DNA of 63,589 nucleotides, counting the filler, from an uncultured Methanosarcinales archaeon (GTDB lineage Archaea; Nanobdellota; Nanobdellia; Woesearchaeales; CAYZNE01): NCBI GenBank assembly GCA_964405295.1. It is 5 parts of 4 records of this genome, joined end to end, with 100 filler letters (N's around TTAATTAATTAA, not from the genome) between each part and the next. Parts side by side here need not be neighbours in the genome. Positions count along the whole stretch, not along the records: positions 9,287 to 10,944 come from CAYONI010000001.1; positions 11,045 to 42,817 come from CAYONI010000002.1; 3 more parts are not named here. One strand, 5' to 3'. Both the position numbers and the translations under genes were made by a program. Shown here piece by piece: positions 9,656 to 19,816 of the stretch (positions within the stretch are counted from its first letter, which is position 1; every line of letters begins with the position of its first letter). The notes under the pieces are model-generated. The model was not told the DNA's origin. It was given only the letters and a program-made list of their open reading frames with translations, and did not search any database.

Positions 9656-10912
9656 CTAACCAAATAAGGCTCTGAACCACTTAATTACTTTTTGTAATAA
9701 ATTAGATTCAATACACTCACTATTAATACAAATATTACTTACACATTCATAATTATTATTGCATAATTCATTATTTATATTTTGATTCTCAAATATTTTA
9801 TCTAAACTACAATATTTATCATTAATTCGTGTACCAAAAGGTATACAAATTGAATCTCTTAAACAACCATTACAAACAGATGAACTTATTCCAACCTCAG
9901 ATTCAAGTTTATCTGAAAGAACTTCAAATTCTAATGTTTCAGTATTTATTTTTATCCAAGTTCCATAAACATTATGTTCATTCCAATTAATAAACAATTC
10001 TTCAACTTTGTTTAGTTCTTCAGTTCCGTATGCCCAAATAACCATTTGGATATATTCAGAGTTTTCAAACAACTTAATCATTGCTTCTCCTTCACTTAAA
10101 GTATAATCTAATTGATCAGCTGCCCCTAAAAGAACATTACTTGCAGTATTTTCTCCAATTCCTCCAATAATTATTAAATTTTCAGATTTTGCATTATTAG
10201 AGCCCCATCCTGACCATTGAGAATTTGGGAAAATATTAAATTCATCAGCAGATGCCTCTCCTGTTTCAACTCTTTCCCTGACATTACTTTTAAGATTTGC
10301 AACTATTGCTATTGCAAGGTAAATATCTGATTCTATTAATGGTTCACCTCTAATAACAACTTTGTAATCATCTATAAACATCTTAGGAAAATAAGATAAA
10401 TCTACTCTTTCAGAATGAATTTTAACTAAATCATCAGTAGTATCAACAATAAGATCTGAATTTACACAAGCCCCATCTTTACATCCATTAATACACTCAA
10501 CAATTTCATGTTGTTGAACACAATTATCATCCCAAAAATTCTCCCAAAGATGAGTACCACTTACAACCTTAGGACCCCCTAGCCCATTTTTACAATTGTC
10601 TAATCCAACTAAATTATTATTCTTATAAAGTTCTCCATATTTATAATAATCTATTCCCTCATCTGTATCAAAACAATCAAATTCATATAAACATACTCCA
10701 TGTTCACATCCTTTTTCGCAATTGATAATTTCTTTTTCGATATCATTATTTTGACAAAAAAATTCTGTTAATTCATCACTAGAACATTTATCCTCATAAC
10801 TACGTGCACCCTCAGATATTATTCCCCTAACATACTTATTATTTCCATTATCTGTATCATAACAGTTAAGATTGTTTGAACACTTAAAATCTGAAATATC
10901 ATAAGACCACAC
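9656..10912 (-). CDS. Cys-rich secreted/S-layer-like protein, N-terminus lost at contig edge
   Basis: Two CxDTDxG...G repeats; S-layer-like DLSYFP...NLIIIGG segment; Cys-rich C-terminus ending WFRALFG. Confidence 0.7.
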   Translation of the reverse strand: MWSYDISDFKCSNNLNCYDTDNGNNKYVRGIISEGARSYEDKCSSDELTEFFCQNNDIEKEIINCEKGCEHGVCLYEFDCFDTDEGIDYYKYGELYKNNNLVGLDNCKNGLGGPKVVSGTHLWENFWDDNCVQQHEIVECINGCKDGACVNSDLIVDTTDDLVKIHSERVDLSYFPKMFIDDYKVVIRGEPLIESDIYLAIAIVANLKSNVRERVETGEASADEFNIFPNSQWSGWGSNNAKSENLIIIGGIGENTASNVLLGAADQLDYTLSEGEAMIKLFENSEYIQMVIWAYGTEELNKVEELFINWNEHNVYGTWIKINTETLEFEVLSDKLESEVGISSSVCNGCLRDSICIPFGTRINDKYCSLDKIFENQNINNELCNNNYECVSNICINSECIESNLLQKVIKWFRALFG

Positions 10913-11069
10913 AATTTCCCCATTTGATTCGGCTTCTAGAATATNNNNNNNNNNNNNNNNNNNNNNNNNNNNNNNNNNNNNNNNNNNNTTAATTAATTAA
11001 NNNNNNNNNNNNNNNNNNNNNNNNNNNNNNNNNNNNNNNNNNNNAAAATCTTTCCACAAAAAGGTAGTT

Positions 11070-11462
11070 ATGGATAAAGAATCTGAAGATTTAAAACAAG
11101 AAGTTGATGGAATAAAAGAAACTGTAAATGAAATTAAGAAGACTGTTGACAACATAGAAAAGCTTGAGGAATCTGAGATAACACATATTTTAAATGTAAA
11201 GGATATGGAATCTGAAGAATTATCAAATCTTGATAATTTAAAAGATTTAGAGAATCAAGAGCTAGATAAGTTGCATAAGATTGGTCCAAAAAAGTTCAAG
11301 GATGTTATGACTTGGAAGCAAATGATTTGGGAATCTTGTAAAGAAAGAAAAATGAATGATTCTATGAAGGTTGTAAGTTTTTCTTGTAATTTAACCAATA
11401 AAGTATGTTCTTTCGAGTTATGTCCAAAGAATAAGGTAAATGAAATTTCAACAAAAAAATAG
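11070..11462 (+). CDS. Hypothetical coiled-coil protein with C-terminal 4-Cys cluster
   Basis: Acidic heptad N-terminus; C...SCNLTNKVCSFELCP. Confidence 0.65.
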   Translation: MDKESEDLKQEVDGIKETVNEIKKTVDNIEKLEESEITHILNVKDMESEELSNLDNLKDLENQELDKLHKIGPKKFKDVMTWKQMIWESCKERKMNDSMKVVSFSCNLTNKVCSFELCPKNKVNEISTKK

Positions 11463-12006
11463 GGTAAGAACTTTTATTTCAGTAAATTTATCTGACGATG
11501 AGAAGAGTGTTCTTAGTAGGAGAATCAGTAAGTTTATTGTTTTAGATTATGCAAAGACCCAAACAAAAGTGAAAATAATTGATTCTGTTAAATATCATTT
11601 AACTGTGGCTTTTCTTGGTTCAGTTTCAAAATCTCAATTAGATATTTTGAAAAAAGAACTTAAATTTGTTGTTCATAATTTTAGCAAACCTTTTCATTGT
11701 AAGATTATCGGGCTAGGGGCTTTCCCAAATATGAAAGCGGCAAGATTAATCTTTTTAAAAATTGATTCTCCAGAGTTACAGGAACTAGTAAAACAAATAA
11801 GAAAAGTTGTTATAAAAAATGGTTTTAAGCTTAGCTTTGATTTTAAAGCACATATAACAATTGCCAGATTTAAAGATAAAATAGAGTTAAATGATCTTGA
11901 TAAAATAACCGCTTCTTTTTCTACAAACTCATTTTTCTTGATGCAAAGCGTTTTGACTTCTGCAGGGCCTGTTTACTCAAAATTAGAGAAGTTTCAGTTT
12001 GCATAA
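11440..12006 (+). CDS. thpR: RNA 2',3'-cyclic phosphodiesterase (2H family)
   Basis: RTFISV, HLTVAFLG, GAFP, HITIAR, SVLTSAGPVY. Confidence 0.9.
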   Translation: MKFQQKNRVRTFISVNLSDDEKSVLSRRISKFIVLDYAKTQTKVKIIDSVKYHLTVAFLGSVSKSQLDILKKELKFVVHNFSKPFHCKIIGLGAFPNMKAARLIFLKIDSPELQELVKQIRKVVIKNGFKLSFDFKAHITIARFKDKIELNDLDKITASFSTNSFFLMQSVLTSAGPVYSKLEKFQFA

Positions 12007-12094
12007 TAAAAATCAAAGATTTTTAGTATGTCCAAGCTTTGGACATAGGGAAAATTAAATTTTCAATATGTCAAAATTTTCAATTTTGCACATA
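12007..12094. repeat. Run of four adjacent short hairpins
   Basis: taaaaatc-aaa-gattttta; tatgtccaa-gct-ttggacata; gaaaat-taa-attttc; tatgtcaaaatt-ttc-aattttg(c)acata. Confidence 0.7.
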
Positions 12095-12128
12095 ACATTT
12101 ATAAATAAAATATAGTTCCAATTATAAA

Positions 12129-12509
12129 ATGGTTATAATCCAAGGTAGATCAAAGAGAAAGCCAACTGGTGGCAGGTATAAGTCTAATCAAACAAAGATA
12201 TTAAGTAGATCTGGTTCTAAGCCAATTCTTACTAAAATTGGTGAGAAAAAAGTTAAGAAACTACGAATTATTGGTGGTAGTGTAAAGGCAAAATTGGCTC
12301 AAGTTGAAGTAATTAATGTTTATGATTCTAAATCTAAAAAATATGTTAAAGCTAAACTTGAAACAGTCATGTCAAACCCTGCAAATAGGCACTATGTCAG
12401 AAGAAATATTCTTACAAAAGGAACTATTGTTAAGACAGATAAGGGATCTGTTAAGATAACAAACAGGCCAGGTCAAGAAGCAGCATTAAATGGTGTTTTG
12501 ATAGAATAA
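12129..12509 (+). CDS. rps8e: 30S ribosomal protein S8e
   Basis: QGRSKRKPTGG, NPANRHYVRRNILTKG, RPGQ. Confidence 0.95.
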   Translation: MVIIQGRSKRKPTGGRYKSNQTKILSRSGSKPILTKIGEKKVKKLRIIGGSVKAKLAQVEVINVYDSKSKKYVKAKLETVMSNPANRHYVRRNILTKGTIVKTDKGSVKITNRPGQEAALNGVLIE

Positions 12510-13046
12510 TTAAAGTAGACTTTTTATTTCTAATAATTTTGTGAATTCTTTTTTATTCAAGGTAGTTATAATTGGAATCTTATTAATTATGTGTTTCTCA
12601 AATAATAATTCGGAATCTTTTGGTATATAAACTGTGTTTATGAAGTTATTTTCAAGCCAGTTGGAACAAATTTTCTTATTTATTCCTGATTCTATTCCTG
12701 CTAGCAATAATTGTTTATTAATTGTTTTAATAAGAGTTTCTGTTTCTATTTTTTTGTATTCAGGAAAAACATATTCATTAGTGTGTTTAAGTTTTAAGAG
12801 TTCTATCATTACATATTCTGATGCAATAGCAATTTTTGTTTTATTCTCATAATTTAACAATAAAATATTATCAAGAACAGTTATGTTTTCCCATTTTAAA
12901 TATTTGATCTCCTCTAGAGATAATCCTGAACTAAATAGCAATTTAGACATTATTCTTAGTTCAGCGTTTTCTGGTAAATTTGTTATTGTAAATCCTTGAT
13001 AGATTACTTGTTTCTTTTTTAAGTATCTAATTAGGCTTTTTATCAT
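12510..13046 (-). CDS. Degenerate tyrosine-recombinase catalytic-domain homolog lacking catalytic residues
   Basis: LRIMSKLLFSSGLSLEEIKYLKWENI aligns with XerA SRLMLKLLYSSGLRVSELTKLKYEDI; YVFP segment kept; Arg replaced by Ser; no HxLR or Tyr box. Confidence 0.6.
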   Translation of the reverse strand: MIKSLIRYLKKKQVIYQGFTITNLPENAELRIMSKLLFSSGLSLEEIKYLKWENITVLDNILLLNYENKTKIAIASEYVMIELLKLKHTNEYVFPEYKKIETETLIKTINKQLLLAGIESGINKKICSNWLENNFINTVYIPKDSELLFEKHIINKIPIITTLNKKEFTKLLEIKSLL

Positions 13047-13079
13047 GTTTAATGTTTAATTTCTATATTTAAATTATTT

Positions 13080-13107
13080 AATGGATATAAACCGGATTAT
13101 TTTCGGA
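13080..13107. other. Candidate dif-like Xer site (11-6-11)
   Basis: aatggatataa-accgga-ttattttcgga; ATAA-N6-TTAT core. Confidence 0.35.
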
Positions 13108-13213
13108 CTATTTTGAAATAGTAAAACTATTTAGTTTTTAATATAATAGGAATTTATAATTTTTTATGTAGTAAATCAATAACTATTAAAATGGTTGAAG
13201 TCAATTTGGTTTT

Positions 13214-13855
13214 ATGGTAAATAAAATTGTAAAATACAAATACCCTTTACTAATTATGGTTGGTCCTTCTGCTGCATCTGGGAAAGATCTTATTCCAAGT
13301 ATAGTTAATAAAACTTTAAAAATAAATTTTGTTCCATCAACTACTTCTAGGAAATTAAGAAAAAATGAATATAAGAATACTAGAATTAGTATTTCAAAAG
13401 AAGATTTTGAGAATATGATTAAGAAAAAAGAGTTATTCGAATATGACTTTCATCTTGAGAATTATTATGGTACTCAGTTTGAGTCAATTATTAAGGTTTT
13501 TAAAAAAAGTTTTGCATTTAAGCAAATGGATATTGTTGCTATGAAAAATATTAGGACTAAAAAACAATATAATTACAATTCTAAGAATCATACTGTAACT
13601 TTTGAATATAAAAAAATTAAACACCAATTTAAAATATATTTTATTGGAATATATAGAGAAAACCTATTTTGTTATTTTAGAGATTATTTAAAAAGAGACG
13701 GTCTTAATTGGAATATGTTTTCAAGATTTTTTAGGATTGCAAAAGAACATCGAATTGTAAAGACAAGAACCGATTTTCAGGTCTTTAATCCTAATGGGCA
13801 TCCCGAAAGAGCAGCTGTAGAATTAAAAAGATTAATAAAAAAGCTTATTAAATAG
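13214..13855 (+). CDS. Guanylate kinase-like P-loop protein
   Basis: GPSAASGKD, STTSRKLRKNE, NYYGT. Confidence 0.7.
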   Translation: MVNKIVKYKYPLLIMVGPSAASGKDLIPSIVNKTLKINFVPSTTSRKLRKNEYKNTRISISKEDFENMIKKKELFEYDFHLENYYGTQFESIIKVFKKSFAFKQMDIVAMKNIRTKKQYNYNSKNHTVTFEYKKIKHQFKIYFIGIYRENLFCYFRDYLKRDGLNWNMFSRFFRIAKEHRIVKTRTDFQVFNPNGHPERAAVELKRLIKKLIK

Positions 13856-13867
13856 TTATACAAAGAG

Positions 13868-15016
13868 GTGTATATGGAAGTAAAAACTGTTTATGATTGT
13901 GACTTTAATGATAAAGTTGTAATACTTAGGGCTGAACTTGATGTTCCAATAATTAAGGGTGTTGTTGAGTCAGATAATAGGTTAAAAACTAATCTATCAA
14001 CAATAAATTATGTTTTAGCAAATGGTGCAAGGCAAGTTCTAATTATTGGCCATTTAGGTAGGCCAAATGGAGTTGAACAAGATAAATCTCTTAAGCCTGT
14101 ACATATGTGTTTTGAAAAATTACTTGCACATGAAATTAAGTTTCTTAAAAATTTTAATATTTCTAGACATGAATTACCTCAAAATGAAAAAATAGTGCTT
14201 TTTGAGAATATAAGGTTTTTTGCAGGAGAAAAAACTAATGATAAAGATTTTGCAAAAAAAATTGCTGCACTTGGAGATGTCTTTGTAAATAATTGTTTTA
14301 GTACAATGACCCGAGATCATGTTTCAATAACTGGTATTGCAAAGATATTACCTGCATATGCAGGATTAAGAGTTGTTGGGGAACTAGAAGCTTTGTCAAT
14401 AGCAAATAAGGAATCTCCTAAGGTTTTAATTCTTGGTGGAGCAAAAATGGAAACCAAGCTTCCTATAATAAAAGAAATGCTTGGGAAAGTTGATAAAATA
14501 TTATTGGGGAGTGCAACTGTTATAGATCTACTAAAATCTAAGGGATTCTATAGGGGCAAAGTGATTTATGATTATTCAAATATGGAAGAGTTGGCAGAGA
14601 TTGCTGATAATAAAAAAATAATTTATCCATTGGATTTTGCATGCTCGAAAACAAAATCTGCAGAAGGATTAATTTATAAAAAAGTTCGAGATGTTGAATC
14701 AGATGATTATGTTCTTGATTTAGGCCCAAAAACAACAGAGTCTTATAAGAGGATTTTGGCTTCTGCAAAAACAATTATTTGGAATGGCCCTTTGGGGTTT
14801 TATGAGATAAAAGAATTTGCACATTCTTCAGAGAATATTGCTAAGTTTATTTCTACTTTAGATACGTTCACTTTAATTGGCGGTGGTGACACAGAAGAAA
14901 TTCTTAAATCTGTAGATGTTGAAAATAAAATAAATCATATTTGTGTTGGTGGTGGTTCTATGCTTAAATTGCTTGCAGGAGATAAATTACCTGGCTTAGA
15001 AGTTTTGAAGTGGTAA
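13868..15016 (+). CDS. pgk: Phosphoglycerate kinase
   Basis: GHLGRP, ENIRF, LGGAK, DLGPKT, WNGPLG, GGGDT. Confidence 0.95.
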   Translation: MYMEVKTVYDCDFNDKVVILRAELDVPIIKGVVESDNRLKTNLSTINYVLANGARQVLIIGHLGRPNGVEQDKSLKPVHMCFEKLLAHEIKFLKNFNISRHELPQNEKIVLFENIRFFAGEKTNDKDFAKKIAALGDVFVNNCFSTMTRDHVSITGIAKILPAYAGLRVVGELEALSIANKESPKVLILGGAKMETKLPIIKEMLGKVDKILLGSATVIDLLKSKGFYRGKVIYDYSNMEELAEIADNKKIIYPLDFACSKTKSAEGLIYKKVRDVESDDYVLDLGPKTTESYKRILASAKTIIWNGPLGFYEIKEFAHSSENIAKFISTLDTFTLIGGGDTEEILKSVDVENKINHICVGGGSMLKLLAGDKLPGLEVLKW

Positions 15017-15643
15017 TCATAACTCAACTTCATCAATGATAACATCGCAGTGAGCCTTGTTCTTAAATCTCTCTGCATCTTTCTCTGTGCCAACAATTGG
15101 CCCATAGTGCGCAGGCATTGCCATTTTTGGTTGGATGATTGCAGTTGCATTTGCAGCTTCTTCTGCATTCATAACATATACCCCTGAAACAGGTAGAATT
15201 GCCAGATCAATATTTGTGAATAGACTCATTTCAGGAATTACATCTGTGTCTCCTGCATAATAAATTCTTTTTTTTTCAATTGTAAAAATAAATCCACACC
15301 AATCTGTATTTTTTTTATGAAATTCTTTATTAGTGTTATATGCGGGAACTATTTCAACTCCGAACTCTTTAAAATCTAGTTTTTCACCAAGATTAAAACC
15401 AGTTGTCTCATTTTCTGTGAATTCAAGAACTTTTGGTATTACTGAAGTAGGAACAAATATTTTAGTTGTTTTTTTGAGAAGCTTCTTTATATCTCCAATG
15501 CTTAAATGATCAAAGTGATCATGACAACAAAAAATATAATCTGCTTTGTCATCATTTTCTATTTTATATGGATCAAGGTATATAATCATATTTTTAGATT
15601 TTATTCTTATTGTTGTATGTGTAAATCTTTTGATTTTTACCAT
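15017..15643 (-). CDS. MBL-fold metallohydrolase
   Basis: HDHFDH, YYAGDT, PAHYG. Confidence 0.9.
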   Translation of the reverse strand: MVKIKRFTHTTIRIKSKNMIIYLDPYKIENDDKADYIFCCHDHFDHLSIGDIKKLLKKTTKIFVPTSVIPKVLEFTENETTGFNLGEKLDFKEFGVEIVPAYNTNKEFHKKNTDWCGFIFTIEKKRIYYAGDTDVIPEMSLFTNIDLAILPVSGVYVMNAEEAANATAIIQPKMAMPAHYGPIVGTEKDAERFKNKAHCDVIIDEVEL

Positions 15644-15708
15644 TTACTAACCTATTTGATAATAATACTGTTCTTTTGGAAATTAAGTTTTAAAAACTTT
15701 TTTCTAAT

Positions 15709-16341
15709 CTATCTACTCTTCTTCAACGTGTAATCGTAAAGTATTCCTTCAATTTTGCTTAGGTTCCATTTGATTGCATCATATTTTTTTCTTAATTCAC
15801 CATTATTAAAATCAAATTTTAGAAATTTACCTAGAATATAATCAATAAACTTCTTTATTTCTATTACTTTTTCATATTTGTTCTTGGTTGCACACATAAC
15901 ACAATATCTTCCTAATTCTCCTGTTAGATCGGCTAAGCCACAAAGATAATTATGATAGTTTATTTTTAATTTAGAAGAAGTTGATATTTTTCCCGTAAGT
16001 ATAAAATCAAGAAATGTTCTTGCTTCAACATATTCTTGTAATGCCCCTTTGTACATATTTATTGATTCTAATTCTGATTGTTTGAATTTTCTTCTTAGTT
16101 CTGATAATTCTGTTTCTATATTGTTAATAGCTCTCTTTGCTTCAGAAATTTCTTCTCTGTGGATCGAGTATATTGTTTGTTTGCTACTTTTTATTATTTC
16201 TCTGCTTTTGCTGGTTAGTATACCCTTTCTTTTGTCCGAATTGTTGAATTCTTTCAACAATCTTTGAAAATCCTTGTCTAATTCAGTAAAACTAATTTTT
16301 TCTTTTTTCTTTCTAATTTTCTTAATCATTTTAAATCTCAT
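15709..16341 (-). CDS. Translin family protein
   Basis: ALQEYVEA, YLCGLADLTGELGR, LRKKYD. Confidence 0.85.
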   Translation of the reverse strand: MRFKMIKKIRKKKEKISFTELDKDFQRLLKEFNNSDKRKGILTSKSREIIKSSKQTIYSIHREEISEAKRAINNIETELSELRRKFKQSELESINMYKGALQEYVEARTFLDFILTGKISTSSKLKINYHNYLCGLADLTGELGRYCVMCATKNKYEKVIEIKKFIDYILGKFLKFDFNNGELRKKYDAIKWNLSKIEGILYDYTLKKSR

Positions 16342-16625
16342 AATGTTTTTTAATTTAGATTAACTCGAGTTTTTTTAAACTTTTTTCTAAAATGATGCTT
16401 AAGTGTGATAAATAATTTTGCTCGTCGATAGATTTTCTGTTTAGCGAAGATATATTTAATATCAACAAGGTTAGTTATGTCTCTTTGTTGACGTGAAAAC
16501 AATTTTCATGTTTAATCTTTTTTTTAATAAAGTTTATAAATAAATAATCCAATAATCTAATAGTTTATCCAATAAAGCTTATGTTGGATTATTCAAAATA
16601 TATAAAATAGTTTTGAGGTGTTGCA

Positions 16626-17014
16626 ATGCCAGCAAAAAAGAAAAAAACGACTAGAAAAAAAGTTACTAAAAGAAAAGTTGTTAAGAAGAAAAAACCTGTA
16701 AAAAGGAAAGCAGCTAAGAAAAGAGTAACTAAAAGAAAAGTTGTTAAGAAGAAAAAACCTGTAAAAAGGAAAGCAGCTAAGANNNNNNNNNNNNNNNNNN
16801 NNNNNNNNNNNNNNNNNNNNNNNNNNNNNNNNNNNNNNNNNNNNNNNNNNNNNNNNNNNNNNNNNNNNNNNNNNNNNNNNNNACTAAAAGAAAAGTTGTT
16901 AAGAAGAAAAAACCTGTAAAAAGGAAAGCAGCTAAGAAAAGAGTAACTAAAAGAAAAGTTGTTAAGAAGAAAAAACCTGTAAAAAGAAAGGTTGCTCGAA
17001 AAAAGAAAAGATAA
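16626..17014 (+). CDS. Lys/Arg-rich histone H1-like repeat protein spanning a scaffold gap
   Basis: GAGGTG RBS; 21-aa/63-bp repeat TKRKVVKKKKPVKRKAAKKRV on both sides of the gap; stop at 17012-17014. Confidence 0.75.
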
Positions 17015-17030
17015 GTTCTGACTTTTTTTA

Positions 17031-17085
17031 TTCCGATTATTCGGTGCCAATAAGTCAGTTTGATTTATTGAGTATTTTATTTTTT
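17031..17085 (+). repeat. 3'-UTR structured repeat, copy 1
   Basis: ttccga-ttat-tcgg TGCCAATAA gtca-gtt-tgat TTATTGAGTA then T-rich tail. Confidence 0.8.
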
Positions 17086-17278
17086 TATTATTTCTATTGA
17101 TTTAATTTGTTGTTATAGCTTAAGGAATACTTTCTTTTTTATTGACGAGAAAATGCCAAGAATATATAGTCTTTTAACCACAATATTTATAAAGAAAACC
17201 GCTTTCTTTTTTTATAGGAAATAAGCATTCTGAGTACTTATTTTTAATCTAAAATAATCTAAAAGTAAAGGTGTTTAA

Positions 17279-19231
<1,953 letters not shown>

Positions 19232-19326
19232 TCTCTTCTGAGATTATGCTTAATAATGCTCTTATTATTCTATGTTTAAGGTATGAATCGAAATATTTAT
19301 ATTAGTTTATGTTTTCTTAAATATAC

Positions 19327-19740
19327 ATGATTATAGCAAAAGATTTTATTGGCATTGGTTGTTGGGCAACAATAATTAATGATAAAAATGAAATACTTCT
19401 TATTAAAAGAAAGAATAATCATCTTTGGGAAAGGCTAGGAGGTAAGCTTGAGTTTGGAGAATCTTTTGAACAATGTTTAATTCGTGAAATAAAAGAAGAA
19501 ACAAATATTGTTATTACAGTTAGTGAATTCTCATTAGTTGAAGAAAATTATGATTCAAAAAATAAGTTGCATTGGGTTTGTATAGGTTATTTATGTAAAT
19601 ATAAATCTGGTGAACCTAAACTTTTAGAATTAGAAAAACATGAAGAACTCAGATGGTTTTCACTAAAGGATTTACCTTTAGTAACAAGATATACAAAAAA
19701 CGCTATTGGTAAATATTTGAATAATAGACAACAAAACTAG
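19327..19740 (+). CDS. NUDIX hydrolase
   Basis: GGKLEFGESFEQCLIREIKEETN Nudix box. Confidence 0.9.
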   Translation: MIIAKDFIGIGCWATIINDKNEILLIKRKNNHLWERLGGKLEFGESFEQCLIREIKEETNIVITVSEFSLVEENYDSKNKLHWVCIGYLCKYKSGEPKLLELEKHEELRWFSLKDLPLVTRYTKNAIGKYLNNRQQN

Positions 19741-19816
19741 TCAATCTTATTCAAGTTAAATATATCAATAACATTTATAAATTTCTATCCCAAATATTCT
19801 TTTAAAGAGGTGTTTA

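Noticed and set aside
16589..17050. Minus-strand Phe/Leu-rich ORF
   Set aside because: Antisense shadow of the Lys-rich repeat gene; the frame change is caused by the N gap
17142..17170. Bacterial-like TTGACG-17-TATAGT upstream of gyrB
   Set aside because: Expected by chance in AT-rich DNA; an archaeal TTTATAAA is present nearer the gene
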